Origin: an uncultured Gemmatimonadales bacterium
GTDB taxonomy: Bacteria; Gemmatimonadota; Gemmatimonadetes; Gemmatimonadales; GWC2-71-9
Direction: 5' to 3'
Assembly: GCA_963821525.1 (NCBI GenBank)
Contig: CAWGED010000006.1
Coordinates: 32,001-96,000, forward strand
Length of the DNA: 64,000 nt
The translations under genes were made by a program, and so were the position numbers. Positions within the stretch are counted from its first letter, which is position 1, and each line of letters opens with the position of its first letter. Below, one piece after another: positions 10,400 through 22,496 of the stretch. Below the pieces are notes generated by a model that saw nothing but the letters and a program-made list of their open reading frames with translations, searched no databases and was not told where the DNA came from.

Positions 10400-13121
10400 G
10401 TGGCCCCACGCCGACGCGCGCTGATTCTGCTGCTTGCCGCTATTGCAGTGCTCTTCGCCTTCTTCCCGGCTTTCACTGCTCTTCTCACCGACTGGTGGTG
10501 GTTTCGAGAGATCGGGTACCAGATCGTCTTTACCCGAGAGCTGACCACCCGAGTGCTGCTCTTCCTGGCGGTGGGCGGCATCACCGCCGGTGTGCTCTAC
10601 CTGAATCTGCGGATCGCGCAGCGTGGGGTCGTCCCCTACCCGATCGTGCTGCGGTTGGGGGAATCGGCGCCACGGGTGGATGTCACGAGGGCGCTGCCCC
10701 GTCTGAGTCTGCCGGTCTCGCTGATTCTGGGCGTGCTGGCCGGCTTGGTTGCCACCGGGGCATGGGACTTGGTTCTCCGAGTGATCTACCGGACGCCGTT
10801 TGGGATCACCGACCCGGTCTTCTCGCGCGACATCGCATTCTACGTATTCACGCTGCCCGGCCTGGCGGCGGCGCTCGGGTTCCTGTCCACCCTCACCACC
10901 ATCTGTCTCCTGCTGCTGGTGCCACTCTACTGGTTGCGCCGCGATCTCGTCCCGGGCCCCGGCCTGCTTCGGGTCGAACCGTCGGCGGGCCTGCACCTCG
11001 CCGTCTTGCTGGCGGTGCTGTTCCTCCTCACCAGCCTCAGGCTATGGCTGGTGGACATCCCGAGTCTCCTCTATTCGAATACCGGTCCACTGATCGGTGC
11101 CAGCTACACCGATCTGCACGCCCGGCTCCCGGCTCTGCGACTCACGGCAGTTCTGGCACTCCTGGCCGGCGCCGCCATCCTGATTGGTGGGGTGCGGGGG
11201 CAGCTGCTCCGCTACGGACTCTTGGGCGTGGGGGGCTACCTGGCGGTGGCCTTCATCGGACGGGGACTCTTTCCATCGGCGATGCAGAAGCTGGTGGTGG
11301 CACCGACCGAGCTGACCCGCGAGACGCCCTACCTGCGGTATCACATCGCCGCCACCCGCCAGGCCTGGGGGCTCGACAGTGTGGAGACCCGCGAGCTGAG
11401 CGGCGAGGCCGACCTCACGCTGGCCGATCTGCGCACCAATGCGCCGACCATTGAGAACGTGCGGCTGTGGGACCGGGAGCCGCTGCTGCAGACCTTCGGG
11501 CAGCTCCAGGAGATCCGCACTTACTACGATTTCGTCTCGGTGGACGACGACCGGTACTGGATCGACGGGAAATACCGCCAGGTCTTGCTATCGCCGCGGG
11601 AGCTCAACGTCGGGTCGCTTCCGACCCGGACCTTCATCAATGAGCACCTGACGTTCACCCACGGAATGGGGCTCACCCTCGGACCGGTCAACCAGGTGAC
11701 GGCTGGCGGCCTCCCCGTGTTGTTCGTCAAGGACCTGCCGCCGGTCTCGACGGGGTCGCTGACCATTACCCGTCCCCAGATCTATTACGGCGAGCTCGCC
11801 AACGAGTTCGTGTTCGTGGCGACCCGGCAACGCGAATTCGACCATCCCTCGGGCGAGGAGAATGTTTACGCCGCGTACGACGGCACCGGTGGGGTCCGGG
11901 TTGGCAACCTCTTACGGCGCCTCTTGCTCGCCGTCCGCTTCGGCTCCTCGAAGATTCTGCTGTCCCAGGACATCACCAACGACAGCCGGGTGCTCTATTA
12001 CCGCGACATCATGGATCGGGCGAAGCGGGCGCTGCCCTTCCTTCGGTTTGATCACGACCCCTATCTCGTGATCAGGGCCGACGGGAAGCTGCAATGGATT
12101 CTCGATGCCTACACCGGGTCAGACGGCTACCCGTACGCTCAGCGGCTCGGCGACGGCACCACCTACCTCCGGAACAGCGTCAAGCTTGTCATCGACGCGT
12201 ACAACGGGTCGCTCGCTGCCTATGTGAGTGCCCCGTCTGATCCGCTGATCCGCACCTGGTCCCGGATCTTCCCTGGAATCTTCGCTCCGTTGGACAGCAT
12301 GCCGGCCGACCTGCGGGCCCACATCCGCTACCCCGACGACCTCTACCGGATCCAGACCAGCCTCTATACCACCTACCATATGGATGCGCCGGAGGACTTC
12401 TATCACCGGGAGGACCAGTGGCAGATCCCGGTCGTGCCGGAGGCCGACGCAGTCGGTGCCGTTCATGCGACACATCATCATGCGGCTTCCGGAAGAGGAG
12501 AAAGCCGAGTTCATCTACATGGTGCCCTTCACGCCGAGGGGCAAGGACAACCTGGCCGCCTGGATGGTGGCGCGGAATGACGGTGATGAATACGGCAGGC
12601 TTCGGGTGTACCGGCTCTCGCGGCAGAGCCTGGCCTACGGCCCGCAACAAGTTGAGAACCTGATCAACCAGAACACCCAGATATCCCAGCAGGTCTCTCT
12701 GTGGGATCAGCGCGGCTCCCAGGTAATCTGGGGCGACCTTCTGGTGATCCCGATCGAGAAGTCGCTGCTTTACGTCCAGCCGCTCTACCTGCAGGCGGCA
12801 GGCGGCCGGATTCCTGAGCTGAAGCGGGTGGTCGTGGCCTATAAGAATCAGGTGGTGATGCAGGAGACCCTGGATGGGGCCCTGACCGAGCTCTTCGGCG
12901 GCTCGACGAGCGCGGCTCGGAGTCAGCCTACCTCGTCCGACACTACCCGAGCGACCGGCGAGTCGGAGCTCCGCGCCATCCTCGCCGAGGCATGGCGCCG
13001 ATATCAGGCTGCGGTCGCGGCGCAACGGGCAGGCGACTGGGCGCGCTACGGCGAGGAAATCCGGCGGGTGGGCGAGTTGCTGGAACGGCTCGGCGGTGCA
13101 GAACAGGGAGGGCCGCGGTAG
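10400..13121 (+). CDS. UPF0182 family integral membrane protein (indel near 12450)
   Basis: Motifs TDWWWFREIGY, FGITDPVFSRDIAFYVF, NVRLWD, FTHGMG, YLRNSVK and LLYVQPLYL-IPELKRV. Confidence 0.93.
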
Positions 13122-13186
13122 ACGCAGGGAGACGGGAGACGGGAGACGGGACGACCGTGGTCGAACGGTTGATCCGGCGACGAAAC

Positions 13187-13382
13187 GTAGGGGCGACCTC
13201 GTGGTCGCCCGGCGGCGGAAACCGTAAACAACGGGAACAGGGAACAGGGAACAGGGTTGAGCGTGGGGAGTGAAGGCGGCACCTCATCCCGAGCGCAGCG
13301 AGGGATCTAGTCTCCGAACCGAGACACCAAGACACGGATTCGTGGCTTCCCCCTCGCTTCGTTTGGGGCCTCGCAATGACAG
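13187..13382. repeat. GTAG-type REP and other palindromic repeats
   Basis: GTAGGGGCGACCTCGTGGTCGCCC at 13187-13210, CATCCCGAGCGCAGCGAGGGATC and CTCGCAATGACA. Confidence 0.75.
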
Positions 13383-13415
13383 CGGTTGACCATCGACCAT
13401 CGACCATCGCCGACC

Positions 13416-13970
13416 TCACCCCACCACCGCATCGAAATACCCCTCCAACTCCAGCACCCACGCCGGGTGCCGATCGTCCGGCTGCCATTCCAGTCGCTCC
13501 GCCAGAATCTCCGGTCGCTCATCTCCGGGACGCCAGCGCTCCACCACCCTGGCGTCGATGTCGATAATCCAGTACTCGACGCCTTCGCGCTGGTAGACTC
13601 GGCGCTTGGTGAGACGATCGTACCGTGCGGTGCTGGGGGACAGGATCTCTACTGCGAGAAGGAGACGCTGGATCTCGGACCAGTTCCGGATCCTCCGGCC
13701 CTCGTTGAACGGCACCACGAACAGGTCGGGCTGCACTAAGGTGCGCGGGTCGAATTCCACGTCGGACGGTGAGAAGAACACTTCTCCGATGCCCGTCGCA
13801 CGGACGTACTCCGTGAGGCGGAAATGGAGTTCTCCGAGGGCGCGCTGATGGGGCGTGCGCGGGGAGGGCGTCACCAGCAGCTCCCCGTCCACCACCTCGT
13901 AGCGCTTCCCGTCGTCTGGCAGCGCTCGCACCCGCTCCGCGGTCCAGTCCGTTGCAGCAGGCATGGACAT
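13416..13970 (-). CDS. Uma2 / DUF820 family PD-(D/E)XK endonuclease-like protein
   Basis: Motifs RYEVVDGEL-TPSP-HQ, VQPDLFVV, LAVEILSPSTARYDR-K-Y and EYWIID. Confidence 0.92.
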   Translation of the reverse strand: MSMPAATDWTAERVRALPDDGKRYEVVDGELLVTPSPRTPHQRALGELHFRLTEYVRATGIGEVFFSPSDVEFDPRTLVQPDLFVVPFNEGRRIRNWSEIQRLLLAVEILSPSTARYDRLTKRRVYQREGVEYWIIDIDARVVERWRPGDERPEILAERLEWQPDDRHPAWVLELEGYFDAVVG

Positions 13971-14162
13971 AACTTGGGCTCCTCGGCGCCGAGTGGGCAA
14001 GATCGCATGGCCGAGGATAGGGACCGGTGGCCGTGCGATCAGACATACATGTCTTCTGGCGGACGAGGCGGGGAAAACGCGGGAACAGAGGCTCCGCCGT
14101 TCCCCCTTCCCAATAGGGAAGGGGGACAGGGGGTTAGGAGGAAGGGGACAGGGGGTGAGGCC

Positions 14163-14588
14163 TTACCTCACCACCTGCACATACACCGGGTGGCCCTCGG
14201 CCGCTGACTTCGCCACTGCGTCGGTGATTGCCGCCTGCCAGGTCGCGACCGATGCTGAATCAGGAACCAGCAAGGACGTCGCTCCTTCCGCTCCTACGGC
14301 TCCTTCCGCGCAGGTCACCCGAATCTCCATCGGGGTATAGATCCCCAAGGTCAGGAACCCGACCAGCTCGTTCGCGAAGCTGTGTTGGGTCTCGACTCGG
14401 GACACACCCGTGGTGCACTTCGCAGCCGTCTCGACGGTCTTGGGAGGGACCAAGCCGTAAATCCAGCCGGAGGCCCATGTGTTTACGACCGTGACGTTGG
14501 AGGGCTTGGCACCGGTCTCGATGGTTGCGTGGTAACAGCCGGCAACTACGAGAGCGACTGCCAGGAAGACGTAGGATCGCGAGCGCAT
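14163..14588 (-). CDS. Bor/Iss-like lipoprotein
   Basis: Lipobox VVAGC, then WIYGLV, C-GVSRVETQHSF-N and LTLGIYTPMEIRVTC. Confidence 0.75.
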   Translation of the reverse strand: MRSRSYVFLAVALVVAGCYHATIETGAKPSNVTVVNTWASGWIYGLVPPKTVETAAKCTTGVSRVETQHSFANELVGFLTLGIYTPMEIRVTCAEGAVGAEGATSLLVPDSASVATWQAAITDAVAKSAAEGHPVYVQVVR

Positions 14589-14793
14589 ATCGATTCCTTT
14601 CGATAAGGGGTGGGTCATTGGCAGCGTGGAGGGCCGTGGTATGCTAAGGCTCATACCGAGGGATCAAGACCGCGTCAAGTATGGCGAGGGTGAGGTGGTG
14701 GGCGCCGGGGACAAGCGTCGACGAAGCGCAGGGTGCGCCACGAGGGTGACGTCCGCCTCTCCGATGACAGGGAGAGGGGGACAGGGGGTGAGG

Positions 14794-15539
14794 TCAGTGC
14801 TTATGCACCCACACCTCCTCCGCCTCCCAAAAACATGTTCACATGCACCATCCATCCGAACATGCGGGGCAGGAACACGCCGCCGGCGGCATCGCATTCC
14901 TCCTTCGTGTTGATGCTCCCACGGGGGCCGAAGCGAGAGTCCATCCGGGCAGAACCCATCTCGTCTCCGGCACCTCTCAACTGAGCTTCCAGGCGGCAGG
15001 CAGATGCTGGTGTGCTGGTGCCATTGCGCGATGCTGAGCGGGAGCCGCTCGTCGAGCTGGTCGAGTGAGAGATCGGGCGGAGCGGTATACATCGCCCCGA
15101 TCAGCCGGAGGCTCCCATCGCGCTGCGGCTGATACAACAGCGCACTGGGTCGAGTGACGTCGAACTCCCTTCGAGCACGGACGGCGTTCGACCGGTTGCT
15201 GTAGTGATAGACGCCCTGCTTCTTGATCCTGGCCGCGAACATGTGGTACCCATCCGCCTCGGCGACTCTGACATCCTCGTAGCGGGCCAGTGCCTGCCGA
15301 GCGACTTCCGAGACGCTATCGGCGCGCTCCCTGTCACCGGGGCGCTCCGGCCAGTGCGGCGTAAGCCTGAGGTGGCGGCCCATATCCATGCTGTCGCCCA
15401 TCATCATCTCGTCGCCCTGATCCCCCATCATCATATGGTCGTGCCCGCCCGGGTCTTGGACCGGCGCCTGGGCCGCGATCCGCGTGGCACCGAACCCCAA
15501 TAACAATCCCAAATGCCAGGCTACCTTGCCCGCTCGCAT
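14794..15539 (-). CDS. Hypothetical secreted protein (frameshifted at the 3' end)
   Basis: Signal peptide, Met/His-rich linker, motifs YHY, PSALLY, LIGAMY and WHQH-C. A shifted frame gives MFGWMVHVN near 14860. Confidence 0.7.
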
Positions 15540-15598
15540 CGTGCGCTCCGATTTGGCTGGTTGGGAGGTAAGACGGGCGAGGGGGGAGGGCGTTAATC

Positions 15599-15853
15599 GC
15601 AGGGGCGACCCTTGTGGTCGCCCGGCCGATCAGGGATTCATCTGCAGGGGCGACCCTCGTGGTCGCCCGCCCGATCAGGGAAGAAGCGGGGAACGGGGAA
15701 CGGGGGCGTGGATCAGTGCCAGGGATGTAAGAGGAAACACCTCATCCCAGAGCGAAGCGACGAGGGACCTAATCTCCCGACCTTGGCGCCAAGGTCGGAG
15801 ATTAGGTCCCTCGTCGCTGCTCCCCTCGCAGCTCGGGGCAGGCTCGGGATGAG
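15599..15853. repeat. REP cluster
   Basis: Two GCAGGGGCGACCC-GTGGTCGCCC copies (15599 and 15643), plus the CCTCATCCC...GGGATGAGG inverted repeat. Confidence 0.75.
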
Positions 15854-15933
15854 GTGCCACCGTTCACTCCTGCGCCGTCTCCCGTCTACCCCCGTTCCCT
15901 GTTCCCCGTTCCCTTTTCCCGTTTTCTTACGGC

Positions 15934-17048
15934 ATGCCTCCCGTCCGCCCCCCCATCGAGCCCATGCTCGCCAAGCTCTCCGACGAGCTCCCCCCCGGCG
16001 ACGGCTATCTCTTCGAGCCCAAGTGGGACGGCTTTCGCGCGATCGTCTTCCGAGGTTCCCCCTCTCCCGCTAGGAAGAGTTCCCCCTCTTCCAGAGGACG
16101 ATCCTCTTCATCCAAAGCCGAGATCTCAAACCCCTCGACCGCTACTTCCCGGAGCTGCACGAGGCGCTGCTGAAGCTGCTGCCGGAAGGTTGTGTGGTGG
16201 ACGGGGAGATCGTGATCCCGACCGAGCGGGGACTCGACTTCGAGTTGCTGCAGATGCGGCTCCATCCCGCGGCATCGCGGGTGGCGAAGCTTTCAAAGGA
16301 GATCCCGGCCTCGTTCGTCGCGTTCGACCTGTTGGCGGCCGACGGCGAGAGTCTGATGGAGGAGCCGCAGGCGAAGCGTCGCGCCAGGCTGGAGAAGTTG
16401 CTCAAGAAGGCTAGGCCGCCGCTCTATCTCACTCCGATGACCCGGGACCGCGACACCGCGGCCGAGTGGCTCAAGGTGTTCGAGGGCGCGGGACTCGACG
16501 GCGTCGTGGCGAAGCGGGAGAAGAGCGCCTACCTGCCGGGTAAGCGTGAGATGATCAAGGTGAAGCACGCCCGCACCGCGGAGTGTGTGGTCGCCGGGTT
16601 CCGCTGGTACAAGACCGATCCCAAGGTGGTGGGTTCGCTGCTGCTCGGTCTCTATGATGACGATGGCGTGTTGCAGCACGTCGGGGTGACTTCTTCCTTC
16701 AGCATGGCGGAGCGAAAGAAACTCGCCGCCGAGCTGGAGCCGCTACGGAAGAATGCTCTGAAGGATCATCCGTGGCGGGAATGGGGCGGGGCGGGGGAAG
16801 GCGAGGGAAAGCGGATGCCCGGGGGACAGAGTCGCTGGAGTGCGGGGAAGGATCTCTCCTGGGAACCGCTCCAGATCGAGCGGGTGTGCGAGGTGAAGTA
16901 CGATCATCTCCAGGGCAGCCGCTTCCGCCACGCCACGACGTTTCTCCGCTGGCGGCCCGACAAGCCGCCCGAGGATTGTCGCTACGATCAGCTGGAGGTG
17001 GCGAAGGCGTACGCGCTGGAGAAGGTGTTCTCGACGGGTCAAACCTAA
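15934..17048 (+). CDS. ligC: ATP-dependent DNA ligase, LigC type (indel near 16090)
   Basis: Motifs IEPMLAK, FEPKWDGFR, VDGEIV, FVAFDLL, DGVVAK, KVKH-RTAECVVAGFR and FRH-F-RWRPDK. Confidence 0.9.
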
Positions 17049-17261
17049 CCCCCTGTCCCCGGCCCCCTCGCTGCGCTCGGGGCGACTTCGTCGCCTATTG
17101 GGAAGGGGGGACGCGCGACCGACAGATCCAGCTGTCTTTCCGGCCGAAGGCCGCATCCTTTCACCAAGGCCGCCGTCACCCTGAGCGAAGCGCAGCGAGC
17201 GAGGGGGCGGAGTTCGGGGTGGCGTACGCAAGCCGGGCGTTAGCCGAAATGCTGGCAAGCC

Positions 17262-17470
17262 CTCATTGGCGAAGAGGCCTTCTCGCAGCGACACCGGCAC
17301 TCGCTTCGAAGCCCTCAGTCCACTCATTGTAAGAGGCCTTCGTCGCACGGACACCGGCACTCGCTTCGAAGCCCTCAGTCCACTCATTGCAAAGAGGCCT
17401 TCGTCGCAGCGACCCGACACTCGCTTCGAGCCCTCAGTCCACTCGAATGAGGCCTTCGTCGCACGGACCT
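17262..17470. repeat. Tandem repeat, ~60 bp unit, ~3.4 copies
   Basis: Units start at 17262, 17323, 17383 and 17442 with core ACACCGGCACTCGCTTCGAAGCCCTCAGTCCACTC. Confidence 0.9.
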
Positions 17471-17659
17471 CCGCTTCGCCGAGCTGGTGTCTTACCCTAC
17501 CCCTTCGGCCGCCTCGGGCCTGCGGCCCTCAGCGTGACGGCGGCCTTTATGAGAAGGTGCGGCCTTCGGCCGGTTGGGCAGGCGTCTCGGTCGCGGTTCC
17601 CCCTCTCCCGCAAGGGAGAGGGGGACAGGGGGTGAGGTCAGAGGGAGGGGGACAGGGGG

Positions 17660-18975
17660 TTAGGTCGAAGGCTCACGTGTCCACCCCTCCGGCCACTTTG
17701 GCTCCTCGTCCGGATCCAACGCCTCCTGAACCGGCCGCAACTCCTCCGGCACGTGCTGCAGGTTCACCCGGATCCGATACCACGCCGAGGAGCGGCCCCG
17801 CATCTGATCCACCAGCACATCCGCCGGCTCCAGATGCGACGCCGCCTCGGGGTGACGCGCCTTCCAGCGTTCCATCCCCGCCAGCGCGTCTTCCTTCTTC
17901 AGTGCTCGACCAATCTCGATCAAAGGAAACTTCGAGGTCCGCCGCTTCGACGGTTGTACCCGCGGCGGCTCGCCCCGCTGCTTCCTATAATGTGGAGGCC
18001 ACGGAGCGTCGCCCTGTCCCTCGCGCTCCTGTTGGGCCGACAGCTCGAGCAGCCGGTCGAGTGATCCCGCTTCCTTATCTATCCCCGCGTGCCGGTCGCC
18101 CACCTTGGCAAACCGCCCCGGCATCGTCGCCAGGGTAAAGTCGCCCAGCTCGGCGCTGTCCACTTCGTCCCAATCGAGCGGCGCCGACACTCGCGCGTCG
18201 GGAGTCGGCCGCACCGAGTAGGCCGACGCCACGGTGCGGTCCTTGGCGTTCTGGTTGTAGTCCACGAACACTCCCTGCCGCTCCTCCTTCCACCACTTGC
18301 TGGTCGCGATGCCCGGCGCCCGCCGCTCGACCTCGCGCGCCAGGGCCAGCGCCGAGCGTCGCACCTGATCGAAGCTCCAGCGTTGTTCGATGCGGACGAT
18401 GACATGCATGCCGCGCGAACCCGAGGTCTTGGGCCAGCCGACGAGCCCCATGTCCTTCAGGGTCGCGCGGACCAGGTGAGCGACCTCTCGCACCTGGGTC
18501 CAGGGAACTCCGGGGACCGGATCGAGGTCTACCCGCAGCTCGTCGGGATGATCGAGATCGTCGGCCCGAACCGGATGGGGATGCAGCTCGAGACAGGCGA
18601 GGTTGGCCATCCAGGCGAGAGTGGCGGCGTCTCGCGGCACCACTTCATCCGCCCGGTTACCCGAGGGAAACTTCAGCGAGACTACTTCGATCCACGCCGG
18701 TCGTGAGTCGGCGCCCGCTTCTGATAGAAGTGTTCCTCCCCGATGCCATTGGGATAGCGCACCAGCATGTTGGGTCGCCCACCCGCCCCGCGCAGCGCCC
18801 CCTCGGCGACCGCGAGGTAGTAGTTGACCAGGTCGAGCTTGGTGTAGCCGGGGGTGGGGAAGAGGACTTTGCTGGGGTTGGTGATGGAGACTTCGTGGCC
18901 GGCGACCGTGAGGGATTCGGGGCCGGTCTTGGGCTTTGAGGGGGACTTTTTGTCTGAGGCGGGCTTCCGGGGCAT
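17660..18975 (-). CDS. LigD-polymerase-domain primase-polymerase (Prim-PolC type; indel near 18705)
   Basis: Motifs ITNPSKVLFP, TKLDLVNYY, FYQKRAP, PDELRVDLDP, KTSGSRGMH and DYNQNAKDRTVASAYSVRP. Confidence 0.9.
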
Positions 18976-19007
18976 AGGATTTCAACCTACCCCCATCGGC
19001 ATTCCAG

Positions 19008-19300
19008 ATCTAACCCCCTGTCCCGCAGTCCTGGACCTAACCCCCTGTCCCCCTTCCCTATTGGGAAGGGGGAACGCGTTCTACGCAGTTCGAGTGAAGC
19101 CACACCCGACGAATCGCCGTCATTGCCGAGGATTCCGAGGATGTGCCGAAGCATTTGGATTCCGTCGCTCCGCTCGGAATGACAGCTATCGCCGACGAGC
19201 TCACCGCGGAACTGATCGCAGCGCGTTCCCCCTTCCCAGTAGGGAGATTGCCGGCGGACCGGGGGCTCGCGCGTCGGACAGGGTGCCTCGCAATGACCCC
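19008..19300. repeat. REP cluster at the left edge of the DUF6603 operon
   Basis: CTAACCCCCTGTCCC twice, CCCTTCCCTATTGGGAAGGGG, GTCATTGCCGAG...CTCGGAATGAC and CTCGCAATGAC. Confidence 0.8.
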
Positions 19301-19463
19301 ACCGCGTCTGGATCGAATCTAGACCCAAAATAGTCCTTGCCTACACCGCGTCAGCCTCCAAAAGTTGCCAGTCACCGCGCCTCGTAAGGCGTCCAAACTC
19401 GCTACTAGAGAATCCCGGGTTGCTGCGGACTCATCGCGGTCGTAACCCGGATAAGAGCCGATC

Positions 19464-21018
19464 ATGGCTCATTCCGATCAGGAACTATTCGACATCGCCC
19501 GCCGCGCCGCGAAAGCGTTCGCCCACCTGCCCAACGTGCACTCCGTCGGGATCGGTGGACGGGAGCGCGCGGGTAAGCCCACCGGAGAAGTCGTCCTCAA
19601 GGTATTCGTTCGCCAGAAGCTCCCTGGCGATCGGCTCGATCCCGCCGCCGTCATCCCCGCGTCCTTCGAAGGAATCCCGACCGATGTAATCCCGGCCGGC
19701 GATCCCAAACGTCTCGCCCTGGTTTCGGGGGTCGAACCCAAGACTCAAGCCGAGTTCGATGCGGGTTTAGATGAGAGCCGGGAGCGGCCCCTCATGGGTG
19801 GCACCGAGATCGAGCCGGACGATGAGTCCGGCTTCGGGACTCTGGGCCTCATCGTCGAGGCATTAGAGGACAATCGCATGGTGTTCGCGGTGACCGCCTA
19901 CCATGTGGTGTTCAACACCCCGCTCCAGGAACGTCCCGCCGAAGTCGGCCAGCCCACCCCCAGCCATAGCTGCACCGCCTGTTGCCGTGGCGTCATCGGA
20001 AAGTTCTTCGGAGGCTATCACTCGGGGATCGTGGAGCCTCCGCCCGGTCCGAAGAAGCTCGACTACGCTCTGATCCGCCTCGATTCGGGGCTCGAGTGGC
20101 TGAACGAGATCAAGGAGATCGGGGTTCTCTTCGATTTCTACGAGCTCAAGGTGAGTGACGTCGTGCCGCTCACTTATCAGGTGCGAAAACGGGGATGCAT
20201 CACCCACCTGACCGGCGGCATTGTCCAGGCGATCGGCGTCGCCCGGCCCAGCAGAACCGGTGATCCCGCCTGGAGCCACCGCTGACGAAATCGATTCCCT
20301 CATGTCCGAACTCTTCAACGAGGAGTCGATCGCGATTCGGCCCAACCCTATCGCTGCCAATCCCGCCGCACCAGTCATCTTCGCGACCCACGGAGATTCG
20401 GGATCCGCCCTGGTCAATGATGACAATAAGGTCGTAGGACTGCTCTGGGGCGGACATCCAGAAGGACACACCGCGCCCACGGACCGCTTCGGCTACGGCT
20501 GGGGCGTGCCGATCACGTGGATAACAGACGACTGCAAGCAGCGGCTCGGCCTGACCATGCGAATTGTGCCGACCGCCGGCACCGGCATCGTCAACACGGT
20601 GCCTGAATTCGCCGAGGCAGGTTCCACCCTCCGCGCCGAGACCAGCCTGGAGCGGGATCTGGATCAGAGCGAGCGCGGCCGGTTGTTCCTGCAAGCCTGG
20701 CTCCGCCACTCGGACGAATTGAACGCAATCATCCAGAGCCAGCGTCGCGTCGCCACCGTCTGGCAGCGACACAACGGCTCGGCGCTGCTGCGGCTGGTGG
20801 CCCGCGCCCCGTTAGAGCCCAACCTGCCGTTGCCGACCGAAGTAGACGGACTCCCGGTACGCGAAGGACTCCAGGTCTTTCTCGATCAGATCGAGCGCTA
20901 TGCGAGTGATGAGCTCAAGCGGGATCTGAGCCGGCACCGCTCCCTGCTGCTCTCCTTGCCCGGTCACAGCTACACCGAAGTTCTGAGTCATTTGCATGGT
21001 GGAGACATTCTGCAATGA
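19464..21018 (+). CDS. Trypsin-fold (S1, Nal1-like) serine protease 1 (indel near 20245)
   Basis: Triad VTAYHVV / LDYALIRL / HGDSGSALV. N-domain VHSVGIGGRERAG-TGEVVLKVFVRQK...EGIPTDV. Helical C-domain. Confidence 0.85.
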
Positions 21019-22471
21019 AGCGGGCCGATGCCGAGTACCGGGACCTGGTGAAGCGAGCAGCGGCGCGATTGGGGAAGCTGCCGGGGGTTCACAACATCGG
21101 CATCGGGGGGCGGGAGAGAGCAGGGCAGCCGACCGGCCAGCTGGTCCTCAAGGTCTATCTCGAGAAGAAGCGAAGGCCGGAGGAGATCAATCCTTCGGAG
21201 ATGATCCCGAAGGAGATTGAAGGCCTGCCGACCGATGTGGTGGAGACCGGACCGTTCCGCTTGAGCGCCGCTCAGGGCGTACCTCCCTTCCCGGAACAGG
21301 ACGCATACAAGCAGGGGGACTTCGGTCGCAAGCGTCCCATCAAGGGTGGGACCCAGCTCGGTGCCGAAGGGAGGACCGGCGATGCCGGGTACTCTGGGAT
21401 TCATGGCCCGCGTCACCGGCGACCCCAAGCGGATCATGGCGGTGACCTGCTTCCATGCGGTCTACCCTACCGGGGTCTTCGAGCTGAATCGAAAGTGCGG
21501 TCAGCCCAATCCTGAGGAGAGTTCTACCAAGTGCTGCGACAATAAGATCGGTCTCTGTGTGGCCGGCCACTACGACGCTCAGCTCGATGGGGCGCTGGTC
21601 CGGGTGGACGGAGGCCAGGAATGGGTGGCGGAGATCCATCAGATCGGTTTCATCAAGGGTCCCCACACCATTACAGCGGACGAGGCGGCCAGCCTGACCT
21701 TCGAGGTGCGCAAGCGGGGCCGGACCTTGCGGCTGACGGGAGGAACGGTGCAGAGCATCGTCGGCAACGGCACGATGAACGATCCGAATATGCCGGCCCG
21801 GCCCTTCACCAACGGCATTATCGTCAAGCCCAATCCATCGGACGTCAGCACGAATCCCTGGTTCCAGCAGGAAGGAGACTCCGGTGCAGCACTGGTGAAT
21901 GACAACAATGAAGTGACCGGAATGCTGTTCGGCCGCAACGCTCAGGGCTGGGGAATGGCGGAGCCGATCCAGGACATCATCGACAAGTTCCGCACTGACG
22001 ACGGGATCACCCTGGAGGTGGCCACCGCGACCAAACTGGGGCAGGTCCAGACCGTGCCCGCGGCCGCAGCCGACGACGCCGGGTCGGGACTCGAGATTCC
22101 TCCCGCTCTGCGCCGGCTGCAGCGCGATCTCGATCGGACCGACGAAGGGCGCGAGCTCATCTCCATCTGGCTGGAGCACTCGCGCGAGTTGAACCATCTG
22201 GTCCATCACGAACCCCGAGTTGCGGCGACCTGGCGACGCGCCGACGGACCTGGATTGTTTCGCCTGGTCATCAACCTGGTGGATGCGCCGGATCGTCCGA
22301 TGCCTCGGGAAATTCGCGGGGTGCCGGCCGAGCACGTGCTCGATGAGTTCCTGCGCGAGGTAGAGCGTTACGCCAGTCCGGAGTTACGGCAGGATTTGCG
22401 GCGGCATCGCCCGCTTCTGACCATGCCTGCCAGGTCGATCCTACGACGATCTCATGAATCAATTGCACTAG
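21015..22471 (+). CDS. Trypsin-fold (S1, Nal1-like) serine protease 2 (indels near 21365 and 22428)
   Basis: Triad VTCFHAV / LDGALVRV / EGDSGAALV. ATGA overlap with protease 1. The shifted frame ends PGRSYDDLMNQLH*, matching PGHSYTEVLSHLH of protease 1. Confidence 0.85.
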
Positions 22472-22496
22472 AGGGGCAGGAGACGGGAACGCAGTC

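Noticed and set aside
17262..17470. Possible CRISPR array
   Set aside because: Contiguous ~60-bp tandem units without unique spacers, and no cas genes.
4776..19333. Short ORFs containing PNPLSPFPIGKG, LTPCPPSLLGRG or CHCEA
   Set aside because: These are translations of REP palindromes, not proteins.
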